From Mucilaginibacter sp. 44-25 (lineage in GTDB: Bacteria > Bacteroidota > Bacteroidia > Sphingobacteriales > Sphingobacteriaceae), in assembly GCF_001898335.1 (NCBI RefSeq), contig NZ_MKTS01000007.1:9311-73310 (forward strand): 64,000 bases of DNA, given 5' to 3'. Every line of letters begins with the position of its first letter. The first letter of the stretch is position 1. The notes beneath the pieces were generated by a model that made no database searches, was not told the DNA's origin, and saw only the letters and a list, made by a program, of their open reading frames with translations. This document shows, one piece after another, positions 28,380 through 38,229 of this stretch. A program made the position numbers and the translations under genes.

Positions 28380-29909
28380 CTATTTGTTTGCTGTGCTTTT
28401 TGTTATAAATTCATAAATAAAACTTCTCATATTTTCAGCTATCTCAAGCTCATACTTGCTCCACGCTGTTGAAGTATTATGAACGGTTTCCTGCCATAGC
28501 TTAAACGAGTTTCTTGGATGATAGTTTTTGCCATCAGGTTCAAAGTTGATGGCTTTGTTAGGGTCGCCACCCCAGTTAATAGTTTGTTTAACCTCCGGCC
28601 TGAAACATAGAATATAATCTCCCTGTTCCTTGTTTACTGGTATGGCTAATACACCACTGGCAGTTTCTGCGTAGGACACGGCTTCGTCATATTCTTCAGG
28701 AAGATGATCTGTAGCATATACCCTGTCAATATCTTTGCCTTGTAACCAGAGTTGCATGTTTTCTAAAAAACCTTTATCGGGCACACTGCCTATGGTATTT
28801 ATCCGGCCATTAATAATGGCTGCAATACCATCTGCGTTCAGCAAATGCATCAGATTTAGATCTGTATTCTCTAATATGCCACTTACAAGGTCATCTTCTG
28901 CATAAACCTGTGCAATAAGCGCGGTTTGTTTCTTTTGCAGTTCAGCCTCCGTTTCAAACGTTTCCTTGTAAAGTATTGTTGTAATGCGGTTTGATATAAC
29001 AGATGATATGAGCTCGCACACACTACATAGTTCAAAACTAAGATATAGTGGCGTTAGATGATGGCAGGCAATAAGACCCCACAACTGGCCGTTATGAATA
29101 ACCCTTAAGGACATACTTGCCTGCACGTTCATGTTCTTTAAATATTCAATATGAACGGCAGCTACACCGCGAAGGTTACAGTCGCTAAGATCAATGAATG
29201 TATGGGTTTTAGGATTGATAACCGGGTAAAGGCGTACCGGTTTAAATTCGCGATTGGGTATAAGCCGGTAAGTGTTTTTTGAATAAAGTTCACGCGCTTG
29301 TTTAGGAACATCAGACGCCGGGAAGGTGTGGCCCAGATAATTTTCGAGCCCCTCGCCCTGTACTTTATCTTCGGCTATTACCGTACCGTTCCAGTCTTTA
29401 TCAAAACGATACATCATGATACCATCAAAACCGGTTAGCCTTCGCAACTCATGCACAGCTACATTGCTGATATCGGCAATGGTTTCGGCCTCTTCAATCG
29501 CCGTTATGGCATATTTTACCTCATCAAACACGCTGCTAAAGCTGCGTTCATTTATAGCAAGTGGCTTTTCAATTTCAACTAAAAGGTATTGTTCCTCTAA
29601 ATGAATTAAAGCCTGTATGGTATTACCCGACAAGACAAGTGCAGCCGGTATCTTATTCTTTATTTTATTATTGAAACGCTGTTGAATATTTTTAACTGCC
29701 GTATCGTCATTAATAAATTCAGCCAGGGGTTTACCTACAATTTCCGTTACTGGTTTATTAAGCAGATCAGCAATGTTTTCGCTTACCTGTAAAATCTCAA
29801 GAGACTCTTTGTCTAATACCATCAGGTATCCATAAGCCTGTATAACGTTAATATTATGAAGAGGCAAGCTTCCGCAAAATTCAGAATCGTAATTCTTTTT
29901 TTTGTTCAT
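28380..29909 (-). CDS. bphP: Bacteriophytochrome photosensory core (PAS-GAF-PHY) without output domain
   Basis: N-terminal Cys12 (FCGSLPLHNINVIQAYG, cf. C..EPIH.PG.IQPHG), MYRF, FPASDVP..AR.LY, HIEYLKNM.V.ASMS, LWGLIACHH, WGGDP, HPRNSF..W; the ORF ends after PHY. Confidence 0.93.
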   Translation of the reverse strand: MNKKKNYDSEFCGSLPLHNINVIQAYGYLMVLDKESLEILQVSENIADLLNKPVTEIVGKPLAEFINDDTAVKNIQQRFNNKIKNKIPAALVLSGNTIQALIHLEEQYLLVEIEKPLAINERSFSSVFDEVKYAITAIEEAETIADISNVAVHELRRLTGFDGIMMYRFDKDWNGTVIAEDKVQGEGLENYLGHTFPASDVPKQARELYSKNTYRLIPNREFKPVRLYPVINPKTHTFIDLSDCNLRGVAAVHIEYLKNMNVQASMSLRVIHNGQLWGLIACHHLTPLYLSFELCSVCELISSVISNRITTILYKETFETEAELQKKQTALIAQVYAEDDLVSGILENTDLNLMHLLNADGIAAIINGRINTIGSVPDKGFLENMQLWLQGKDIDRVYATDHLPEEYDEAVSYAETASGVLAIPVNKEQGDYILCFRPEVKQTINWGGDPNKAINFEPDGKNYHPRNSFKLWQETVHNTSTAWSKYELEIAENMRSFIYEFITKSTANK

Positions 29910-30200
29910 TAGTAGATGTAAAACAAGTGTGTATCAACTATTAGCTTATAGTTTGGGTAACGGCAAAGTGTAAAATTTTAAACGGAATAAAAATTAAAGA
30001 ACAAATTAAAAGCTTAAGCAGATGTTTTGCTAAGGTATAGGTAAATAACGCATAAAACAACCGTTTATCGTACAACTTTAAAGAGTGATTTAACTCTTAA
30101 CATAAGAATTACTTTTAATCTAAATATTATTTATCTGATAATGTGCTATTAACATTTCCCTTAAACTAACCGGGTAGGTTTGTGTTATAATATAAAACCA

Positions 30201-30359
30201 ATGGAAATGGGCTATTCATCACTTGATCTGTTTATGCTGCTGATAGCTGCAGTTGTTATCTGGGCAGCCTCCCGTACGCCAATAAAAAAGAATGATGCTG
30301 AAGCAGGTGTCCAAAAGCCTGGCCTTAACTCCAGCCAGCAGCAGTTTCATTCTTTGTAA
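30201..30359 (+). CDS. Small single-pass membrane protein (52 aa), below the ORF-track cutoff
   Basis: MEMGYSSLDLFMLLIAAVVIWAASRTPIKK...; TAGGTTTG -7 element at 30175-30182 just upstream. Confidence 0.5.
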   Translation: MEMGYSSLDLFMLLIAAVVIWAASRTPIKKNDAEAGVQKPGLNSSQQQFHSL

Positions 30360-30384
30360 TTACATGTACTGAAAGGGCTGTTTT

Positions 30385-31605
30385 TTGGATAAGATTAAAG
30401 TAGCATTTTTTGCCGATATATTGGCAGAAAACTTTGATGGCGCTGTGCGTACCATGTACCAGCTCATTAACCGGATAGATACAACCCGTTTCGAATATCT
30501 TTTTATTTATGGCGCCGGTCCCGAAAGCATTTTAAGTTTTGATAGTTTTAGGGTGCCTCATATTAACCTACCGGTAAACGCCGGGTACTCACTGGCTTTA
30601 CCGAACTGTGTAAAGTCTTCCTTAAATAAAAAATTAAAAGATTTTGCACCACAAGTAGTACATATTGCAACACCATCTTACCTGGGTAATTTCGCTCTTT
30701 CCTATGCTGAACAACACCAGTTGCCTGTACTTACTATTTATCATACTCATTTTATTTCCTATGTTGATTATTATTTTAAATACCTGCCTTTTTTAATAGG
30801 GCCGGTTAAGAACCGCATTGCCCGCGGGCATAAAAAATTTTATAACAGGTGCAATAAAGTGTATGTACCTGCAACCAGCATTAAACATGAATTACTGGAA
30901 ATGGGAATAACTTCGGAAAAAATGCAGTTATGGAAAAGGGGGATAGACACGCATTTATTTAACCCGGTTAACCGCGATAAAAGAGTAATTGAACGCCTTA
31001 CCGGCAACCAGCACCCAACAATTATGTTTGCCAGTCGCCTGGTATGGGAAAAAAACCTCGAAACTTTGTTTGCTATTTACAATCGTTTCATAGAAAAGGA
31101 CCGTAAAGTAAATTTTTTAATAGTAGGCGATGGCAGCGCGAGGCGGATTTGTGAACGCCGTATGAAAAACGCTTATTTTACCGGAAAGGTTGACCACCAC
31201 TATCTTGCGCTGTTATATGCTTCGGCAGATGTTTTTTTGTTCCCATCAGTTTCTGAAACTTATGGGAATGTGGTAGCTGAAGCAATGGCATCAGGTTTAC
31301 CATGCGTGATAGCTGATGGGGGAGGATCAAAAGACTTTGTTGAACACGGTGTTAATGGTTTCAGGTGCAGCCCATACCATGCGGATGATTATGTACAAAA
31401 GTTGGAAACATTACTTGATAACAAACCATTGGCTCATCAATTCGCTACAGCATGTATACGGCATATGGCAGAGCTAAGCTGGGACGGCCTTGCACAAACT
31501 TATTTTAACGATATCAGTAGCCTGGCAACAGAACCTGCGCCTTTAGCAGAAAAAGTTAAACCACGTTTGCATTTTATTACATCACTTTTATCTGCATGCT
31601 GGTAA
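30385..31605 (+). CDS. Glycosyltransferase family 4 (GT-B, MgtA/PimA-like)
   Basis: DGAVRT, VVHIATP, YHTHF, RGIDT..F.P, ASRLVWEKN, SETYGNVVAEAMASGLP (ExFGxxxxEA). TTG start. Confidence 0.92.
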   Translation: MDKIKVAFFADILAENFDGAVRTMYQLINRIDTTRFEYLFIYGAGPESILSFDSFRVPHINLPVNAGYSLALPNCVKSSLNKKLKDFAPQVVHIATPSYLGNFALSYAEQHQLPVLTIYHTHFISYVDYYFKYLPFLIGPVKNRIARGHKKFYNRCNKVYVPATSIKHELLEMGITSEKMQLWKRGIDTHLFNPVNRDKRVIERLTGNQHPTIMFASRLVWEKNLETLFAIYNRFIEKDRKVNFLIVGDGSARRICERRMKNAYFTGKVDHHYLALLYASADVFLFPSVSETYGNVVAEAMASGLPCVIADGGGSKDFVEHGVNGFRCSPYHADDYVQKLETLLDNKPLAHQFATACIRHMAELSWDGLAQTYFNDISSLATEPAPLAEKVKPRLHFITSLLSACW

Positions 31606-33913
31606 AACGTTTTATAAGGTTGGCAAATAGCATGCTTTTAAATGCTGGCTCTATGTAAACGCTGGTAAGCCATATCAATATTTTAATTTCAACGGCGTCA
31701 GCGGTAATAGTGTTGATGAGTATCTCGGGCGCCAGGTTTTTAACCGTATGATCGCTTTGGCTTATTTCCTCTTCAATAGCTTTGCCCAGCGCATTTAAAT
31801 CAGTAGCAATATTTACCTTAAATATCAGTTCGGATTTTACATATGATGCACCCTGGGTCCAGTTAACAAGCCTATTTGATAAAAGGTCACCGTTCGGGAT
31901 GATCACTTGTGAGCCATATTGCGTAAGCATTTTACTGGAGCGTATACCTATATCCTGTATTTTACCTTTTTTATCGGCCAGTTCAATAAAGTCGCCTATC
32001 TCAAAAGGCTTTTCGAATATGAGGATGATGCCCGAAACAAAATTGTTTACAATGTTTTGCATACCCAGGCCAATACCTACACTAAGCGCGCCAAGTACTA
32101 CCGTAAGTTTGTCAACAGGTATGCCCGAAGCCGTTACAGCCAGCAGTAGGCCCAATATGACGATGATGAGCCGTATGAGCGTTAATTTTGAACTTTTATG
32201 CTCCACCTCGGTACTGCTGATAGAAATGGATTTTTCACCAAACAGCACGCCTATGTTTTTTTGAAGTATGTTGGAGATATAAACAATAACAGCAAAGAAC
32301 AGGATGTTGCTAAGCGTGAACTTTAGTGTACCAAAACTGCGTTGCTTAATAAGTATCTGGTGGAAAAAACTAAAAACGCCCCCAGCCACGTTAAGGTTGA
32401 TGAAAAATACCAGTAGCCATAGTACCACGGCTATGATAGACAGCATACGCTGAAATGACTGGCGGGTTTTAGATACGTCTAACCTCGAAAATAAACCACC
32501 CCTGCATGAACTTACCTTTATTTGTAATTCAAGCGCATCAGTAAGTATCTGTATAAATATAGCCAGTCCTATTACTTGCGAAAGCCCAATAATGGCAGTA
32601 ACAGAATTGATTTTGGCAAGGCTAATGCGGCCCAATATATTTAATACTACCGATAAGATGTTAAGAATCAGGAATATGATAAGCACAGGCTTTATAAATC
32701 CCTTTTTAAAATTAATTTCTTTAAGCTTGGTATAAAACTTATACCCGATATAAAGCGAAGCAACATTTACAGCTATAAGTAGCAAACGCATCAAAATAGC
32801 GTCATGAATGGTTGCTGTAACAGCCATTACCAGTATATAAAGCCCAACAATATACAGCCATTGGCGCAGTTGCTTTATAGGCAGCTTTTTCCAAAAGTCT
32901 ATAGTGAGCAATATCAGCAGCGCGAATGATATGATCTCGATGTAAAGCGAAGGTGAGTCGGGTTCGAAAAGAGGCGTAAATACGAGTATGACAATTAGGG
33001 ATGGTATAATTGGTATGCTGCTTAGAAATTTAAAATTTAGCGGCCCTATCTTATCCCTGATATCGGCTTGTTGTGCTTTGCGATAATTTAGAAACACCCA
33101 TAGAAAGAATACCCCGCCGAGCAGAATGAGCAGGATACGGTTATCCCATGTGGAATTGATGAAGTAGCTAAGTATTTTATTTTGGCCTCTTATGGATGAG
33201 GATAATAACTCGCCTATATCGTCGCCTTTGCGCTCAACCGGGGCCGACCAAATGTACGGCGACTCTTTTCTCAAAGCGCTTTTGCCTGACATTTGCATAC
33301 GTTCGGCAATGTTTGCCTCCAGATCGGTAATTGTTAATGTAGTTTCAGAAACATCTGCGAGCAGCCGGCTTACCGTATCCAGGTTAGCCGTAGTGAGTTT
33401 ACCTGCATTTTGCAACCTTAGTTTAATGTTTGCCAGTTGAGCGCGATATAAATTTTTGGTAGATGTATCATTTGCGGTAACCATAAGTACTGAGTCTTTG
33501 CTCAACTCAAGTACTTCTTTTGACATTCGCTGCAGATCGGTGCTCGCTTTTGAAAGCTTGTTTTGTACGTCAAGCAGGTTTTCCTGAGAAGTACGGAGGA
33601 TAAGGTCGTAACTGGTAAGCGTTTTAGGTTCTATTACCCGTGCAGAAACTCTCAGATCGGCTTTTATGGGTGCTATGTTTTGCCTTACATCTGTTAACGT
33701 CTGCCTTGTTTGTTCAGTAGCATATCCTTTTTTATTAGACGCGTTAATTTCAGTTATGGCAGCCTGGGCGCGCTGTAATCTAAAAAGTAAAGTATCAGGT
33801 ATAGTTTCGGCCGAGTCTGTTTGTATTTGTGGCGTTTGCGCGTGCAGGACATTGGCCATTAAGGCTAAAAGTAAAATTACTGCCGATTTTGCAAATACGC
33901 CTGTAAACTTCAT
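31577..33913 (-). CDS. Large mechanosensitive channel protein (MscS/MscK family)
   Basis: Signal peptide, helical periplasmic region, many TMs; GALSVGIGLGMQNIVNNFVSGIILIFEKPFEIGD, IPNGDL, NWT. Confidence 0.92.
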   Translation of the reverse strand: MKFTGVFAKSAVILLLALMANVLHAQTPQIQTDSAETIPDTLLFRLQRAQAAITEINASNKKGYATEQTRQTLTDVRQNIAPIKADLRVSARVIEPKTLTSYDLILRTSQENLLDVQNKLSKASTDLQRMSKEVLELSKDSVLMVTANDTSTKNLYRAQLANIKLRLQNAGKLTTANLDTVSRLLADVSETTLTITDLEANIAERMQMSGKSALRKESPYIWSAPVERKGDDIGELLSSSIRGQNKILSYFINSTWDNRILLILLGGVFFLWVFLNYRKAQQADIRDKIGPLNFKFLSSIPIIPSLIVILVFTPLFEPDSPSLYIEIISFALLILLTIDFWKKLPIKQLRQWLYIVGLYILVMAVTATIHDAILMRLLLIAVNVASLYIGYKFYTKLKEINFKKGFIKPVLIIFLILNILSVVLNILGRISLAKINSVTAIIGLSQVIGLAIFIQILTDALELQIKVSSCRGGLFSRLDVSKTRQSFQRMLSIIAVVLWLLVFFINLNVAGGVFSFFHQILIKQRSFGTLKFTLSNILFFAVIVYISNILQKNIGVLFGEKSISISSTEVEHKSSKLTLIRLIIVILGLLLAVTASGIPVDKLTVVLGALSVGIGLGMQNIVNNFVSGIILIFEKPFEIGDFIELADKKGKIQDIGIRSSKMLTQYGSQVIIPNGDLLSNRLVNWTQGASYVKSELIFKVNIATDLNALGKAIEEEISQSDHTVKNLAPEILINTITADAVEIKILIWLTSVYIEPAFKSMLFANLIKRFTSMQIKVM

Positions 33914-34063
33914 TTTTTCAACTTTAGTTTGATAAACACAACATGTATGAACGTACACCATTTTGGTGTAACATTATCGCTTATAACACCTCGATAAGGG
34001 TTTTTTGTTTTCAATAAACGTTATTTAAAGGGAATGGTATATTTGCCACACTCTGCATTAACT

Positions 34064-35218
34064 ATGAAGTTTCCGGCCTTACTTAAATCTGATGTTACAG
34101 GAGGGATAGTATTATTGCTTTGTGTAATTGTATCATTAATCATAGCTAATTCGCCGTTGAGAAACGGATTTAGTCATTTATTGTCTGCACGTATTGACGC
34201 AGGAATAATAAGTTTATCTGTGCTTAGCTGGATAAATGATGGCCTGATGACCGTGTTTTTCTTCCTGGTAGGGCTCGAGATCAAGCAAGAAATACTTGAT
34301 GGGCATCTATCCGGTGCAAAAAGGGCGGCTTTGCCGGTTATAGCGGCGCTGGGCGGTGCTTTGTTACCTGCCCTGATTTATTGGCTTGTTAATTCCGGAA
34401 CTACGGCCGGGAAGGGGTGGGGTATCCCTATGGCTACCGATATCGCTTTTTCGCTGAGTGTATTATCTTTACTGGGGAAGGTTGTTCCCAGGGGGCTACG
34501 TGCTTTTTTATCGGCGCTTGCCGTAGTTGATGACCTGCTGGCTATATTGGTTATTGCCATATTTTACGCTACAGGTATACATTGGTTTAATATGGGTATA
34601 GCAGCTATCTTATTTTTGATGCTGATGCTGATGAACAAATCGGGTATTAAACACCCGGTTTTTTTTATTATACCCGGGATAGTGATGTGGTATTTTATTC
34701 ATCATTCGGGTGTCCATGCAACCATAGCAGGCGTGCTTACCGCTTTAACCATACCGGCTAAGTCAAAAAAAGGTTCACCTTTAAAGAAATTGGAACATTA
34801 CTTGAGCCGGCCGGTCAATTACGTTATTATGCCGCTATTCGCGCTGGCAAATACCAATATTACTTTTACTGCTGATATGATTTCCGGCTTGGGAAGTGGC
34901 TTAAGTCTGGGCATTATTGCGGGGCTTTGTTTAGGTAAACCGCTTGGGGTAACAATATCCAGCTTATTAGCGGTTAAAACGGGCATTGGTACTTTGCCTC
35001 ATGATGTTAATCGTAAATTGATGGCCGGCGCCGGCATTTTAGCGGGAATAGGCTTCACCATGTCTATATTCATAACGCTGTTATCATTCGGAAACACCAT
35101 GCAGGCAGAAAGCGCTAAATTAGCCATTGTGCTGGCTTCCTTGATAGCTGGTGTTGGCGGCTATCTGTATCTTCGTAAGCAATTAGTGATTCCGGTACCT
35201 GATAAGACCCGATCTTAA
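34064..35218 (+). CDS. nhaA: Na+/H+ antiporter NhaA
   Basis: WINDGLM..FFFLVGLEIK, GWGIPMATDIAF, LAVVDDL, SGVHATIAGV, GKPLG, GIGFTMSIFI. TATATTTG -7 element at 34038-34045 supports ATG 34064. Confidence 0.96.
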   Translation: MKFPALLKSDVTGGIVLLLCVIVSLIIANSPLRNGFSHLLSARIDAGIISLSVLSWINDGLMTVFFFLVGLEIKQEILDGHLSGAKRAALPVIAALGGALLPALIYWLVNSGTTAGKGWGIPMATDIAFSLSVLSLLGKVVPRGLRAFLSALAVVDDLLAILVIAIFYATGIHWFNMGIAAILFLMLMLMNKSGIKHPVFFIIPGIVMWYFIHHSGVHATIAGVLTALTIPAKSKKGSPLKKLEHYLSRPVNYVIMPLFALANTNITFTADMISGLGSGLSLGIIAGLCLGKPLGVTISSLLAVKTGIGTLPHDVNRKLMAGAGILAGIGFTMSIFITLLSFGNTMQAESAKLAIVLASLIAGVGGYLYLRKQLVIPVPDKTRS

Positions 35219-35228
35219 TTATATTGGA

Positions 35229-36254
35229 TCAGTGTTGTAACGCATCAGCAGTGCCATCTTTCTTTCTAAAACTCCATATCAGGTAAAATAGCGCTGGTAA
35301 TATAAAAACACTCCCTATCAATAAAGCCATACCTAACGCATGTATAGTTTTATCGGCACCTCTGTGATCTATCAGAGAAAGATATCCTCCGTTCTTGAGT
35401 ATAACAATACGCGGGTAGTGCCGGTAAGTGGTGGTGAGTAATATCATGGTCATTTGAAAACCAGCTAATACCCGTATAATATATCTTTTACCCCTACTAA
35501 TGAGATACCACAATAAAATAAGCGAAATGGTAGCAAGGCTTACCGCTGCAATACCAATAAAATTACCAAAAACCCACTGTACCAATGGGATGTTTTCCTT
35601 TATTGAGGCGATAAACACTACAGCTCCTGATAAAACAGCGGCTACATTCATAATACGTGCTTTGCGTATAAAACTACGGCGTTCTGTATCATCATGAGTT
35701 TCGCCAATCAGGTAAATTGCTGCCAGGAACCCGCATAGGGAAGTGGTAAAAAAGCCTATAGCTACCGAGAACCAGTTGAACCAGCTATATATATACGCAT
35801 CCGCAAAATTATTGGCCTGCAGATCTATCCTGCCCGATACAGCGCTACCCGCTATAATACCCAGGAAAAGCGGTGTAATAAAGCTGGAGTAAACAAATAT
35901 CTTGTTGTACAATTTTTGCATATTATCATGCACCGCGTCGTAATTACGGAAGGTAAGCGCGGTACCACGGGCGATAATGCCCAAAAGCATCACTGTGAGC
36001 GGTATGTGCAGATAGGTTGACATGGTGGCGTAAATAGTAGGAAAGCCAACAAAAAGGATAACTATAGCGATGATAAGCCACATGTGGTTGGCCTCCCAAA
36101 TTGGCCCGATAGCATTGTACATGATGCGCCGAGTACGTGATTTGTTTTGAGTAGATGTAAATAATTCAATAATACCCGCACCAAAATCGGCACCGCCCAT
36201 TACCAGGTATAGCAGCAGCGATACCCATAAAAAAATGATAACTACGTACAGCAT
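35229..36254 (-). CDS. cydB: Cytochrome bd ubiquinol oxidase subunit II
   Basis: GGADFGAG, IGPIWEANHMWL, ARGTALTFR; directly downstream of cydA. Confidence 0.95.
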   Translation of the reverse strand: MLYVVIIFLWVSLLLYLVMGGADFGAGIIELFTSTQNKSRTRRIMYNAIGPIWEANHMWLIIAIVILFVGFPTIYATMSTYLHIPLTVMLLGIIARGTALTFRNYDAVHDNMQKLYNKIFVYSSFITPLFLGIIAGSAVSGRIDLQANNFADAYIYSWFNWFSVAIGFFTTSLCGFLAAIYLIGETHDDTERRSFIRKARIMNVAAVLSGAVVFIASIKENIPLVQWVFGNFIGIAAVSLATISLILLWYLISRGKRYIIRVLAGFQMTMILLTTTYRHYPRIVILKNGGYLSLIDHRGADKTIHALGMALLIGSVFILPALFYLIWSFRKKDGTADALQH

Positions 36255-36260
36255 AATATC

Positions 36261-37592
36261 TTAGTTGGTGTGCAAGTTCTTGGGTTTTACATCGTACATA
36301 ACAGGCACCATTTTTATTTGCCTGTATAGTAAAAAAATTACCACTATACTTAGCGTAAAATACACAGCGGCAAATAAGTAAAATGAGTAGTGTATCCCTG
36401 GCATAGGTGTAACCGCGTCGGCAGTTCGCATAACACCTTGTATGATCCATGGTTGGCGCCCAACCTCTGTAACCGTCCAACCGGCTTCAACAGCAATAAA
36501 ACCTAGTGGGGTAGCCGCGATAAAAAGTTTAAGAAACCAGCCCTTTTTAAACCAGTTTCTTTTTTTCCAGAGAGCTAACAAGTAGATTGCTCCGATCGCC
36601 ATCATCGCTATTCCTAACCCAACCATTATCTGGAAGGCAAAGTGCGTCACCGTTACTGGTGGCTGGTCTTGTTGTGGTATTTGATCGAGGCCTTTAACCG
36701 GCGTTTTAAAATTATCATAAACTAAAAAGCTCAGCATACCGGGCAGTTCAATAGCATAATCTACCTTTTTGTTTTTCTCATCAGGGATGCCGCCTAAAAT
36801 AAGAGGCGAATAAGCCTCGGTTTTAAAGTGGGCTTCCATCGCCGCAAGTTTGGCAGGCTGGCGTTTGGCCACCATTTTAGCCGAAATATCGCCGCTTAAG
36901 GGTTGCAGCAGTGCGGCGATAACACCAAATATTGCCGCTATTTTAAAAGAGCGCATATGGAAATCAACATTACGGTTTCGCCAAATCATTAAGGCATGTA
37001 CTCCGGCAACAGCAAAACCGGTTGCGGCAAATGCCGCTATACACATATGCAGCGCTTGTGAAAACCAGGCCGGATTAAACATGGCTTTAATTGGGTCAAT
37101 ATTGATATATTGACCGTTTACTAAGTCGAAGCCGGCAGGGCTGTTCATCCAGCTATTAGCTGCAACCACCAAAATGCCGGAAGTTAGACCGCTGATACCC
37201 ACCACGAGACCGGTTACCCAGTGAAACCACCGGTTAAACCTTTTCCAACCGTATAAATAAAACCCCAATGCTATAGCTTCTATAAAAAAAGCGGTACCCT
37301 CAAGCGAAAACGGCATCCCGAATATGGGGCCTGCATGTTTCATAAATGTAGGCCAGAGCAAACCCAGTTCAAATGATAATACCGTACCCGATACAGCACC
37401 GGTCGCGAAGAATATAGCTACTCCCTTACTCCATGCCCTGGTAATGTTTTGGTAAACCTGCTCGCCTTTTCGCAGCCACAAAAAATGCGATACCGCCATA
37501 AAGAAAGGCATAACCATGCCTATGCATGAAAAAATAATGTGGAAGCCCAGCGACAGTGCCATCTGCGACCTCGCAGCCATAAAATTATCCAT
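36261..37592 (-). CDS. cydA: Cytochrome bd ubiquinol oxidase subunit I (short Q-loop)
   Basis: AR.QMA.SLGFHIIF, EGTAFF.EA, NSWM.SP, QPAKLAAME, FQIMV, EAGW.VTEVGRQPW. Confidence 0.97.
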   Translation of the reverse strand: MDNFMAARSQMALSLGFHIIFSCIGMVMPFFMAVSHFLWLRKGEQVYQNITRAWSKGVAIFFATGAVSGTVLSFELGLLWPTFMKHAGPIFGMPFSLEGTAFFIEAIALGFYLYGWKRFNRWFHWVTGLVVGISGLTSGILVVAANSWMNSPAGFDLVNGQYINIDPIKAMFNPAWFSQALHMCIAAFAATGFAVAGVHALMIWRNRNVDFHMRSFKIAAIFGVIAALLQPLSGDISAKMVAKRQPAKLAAMEAHFKTEAYSPLILGGIPDEKNKKVDYAIELPGMLSFLVYDNFKTPVKGLDQIPQQDQPPVTVTHFAFQIMVGLGIAMMAIGAIYLLALWKKRNWFKKGWFLKLFIAATPLGFIAVEAGWTVTEVGRQPWIIQGVMRTADAVTPMPGIHYSFYLFAAVYFTLSIVVIFLLYRQIKMVPVMYDVKPKNLHTN

Positions 37593-37819
37593 ACCACAAG
37601 TTTAAGTACTATTATGGGTTTTATACTATAATATGCAGGTTTTTAGCAATTTAGAATGAATAGTAATTGAATAAAATTAATGTGTTGTATTGTAATTGTT
37701 GCAATTAATCACTAACAGAATGTTCTAAATTGCTTTAAAAATGAAGGGATTTTGAGAATATCTAAGTGTATAATTAACACATTACATAAAATTTTATTGT
37801 CATGAGAATATCCAGCTGG

Positions 37820-37833
37820 CTGACTTTTGTCAG
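37820..37833. promoter_or_regulatory. Fnr/Crp-like palindrome upstream of cydA
   Basis: CTGAC-TTTT-GTCAG (TGA-N6-TCA), ~230 bp upstream of the cydA start. Confidence 0.55.
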
Positions 37834-37865
37834 ATAAAAGTTAAAAACTGTTAATTTTAGTAAAT

Positions 37866-37890
37866 CAGGTTGACGAATATAGTCAACCTG
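37866..37890. promoter_or_regulatory. 9-bp perfect inverted repeat (operator candidate)
   Basis: CAGGTTGAC-GAATATA-GTCAACCTG, directly before a TACATTTG -7 element at 37894-37901. Confidence 0.6.
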
Positions 37891-37923
37891 GTTTACATTT
37901 GTACCAGATTTAAAGGGCATATC

Positions 37924-38184
37924 ATGAAAGCGTTTACCTTACCATATTCTAATTCAGTTCCATTCTATAAAGAGCGGTTTACCATAACTAATTCCAAGCC
38001 TGCGCAGAACTTAAACAATAAGCGTATCAACATAGGTAATTATGTACTTGGTGTAATAGGGGAAGGCTTAAAACAAAACTTTTTGGGTGCCGACATCAAT
38101 ATGGAGTTTTTAACGCTGACGGTCCGTAGCTACGCGATAGCTTCTGCTAAAACGATACGCAGCCTTGTACACAAAGCAAAGTAA
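37924..38184 (+). CDS. Hypothetical protein (86 aa)
   Basis: ATG ORF downstream of a TACATTTG promoter element; no recognised motif. Confidence 0.4.
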   Translation: MKAFTLPYSNSVPFYKERFTITNSKPAQNLNNKRINIGNYVLGVIGEGLKQNFLGADINMEFLTLTVRSYAIASAKTIRSLVHKAK

Positions 38185-38229
38185 TATTACCCATCTGCCT
38201 TTATCTTATCTCATTCACTATAACACAAA

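Noticed and set aside
28380-28382. Pyrrolysine decoding of the in-frame TAG
   Set aside because: No pyl genes or tRNA-Pyl are seen in the window, and the GTG start gives a normal CheB N-terminus.
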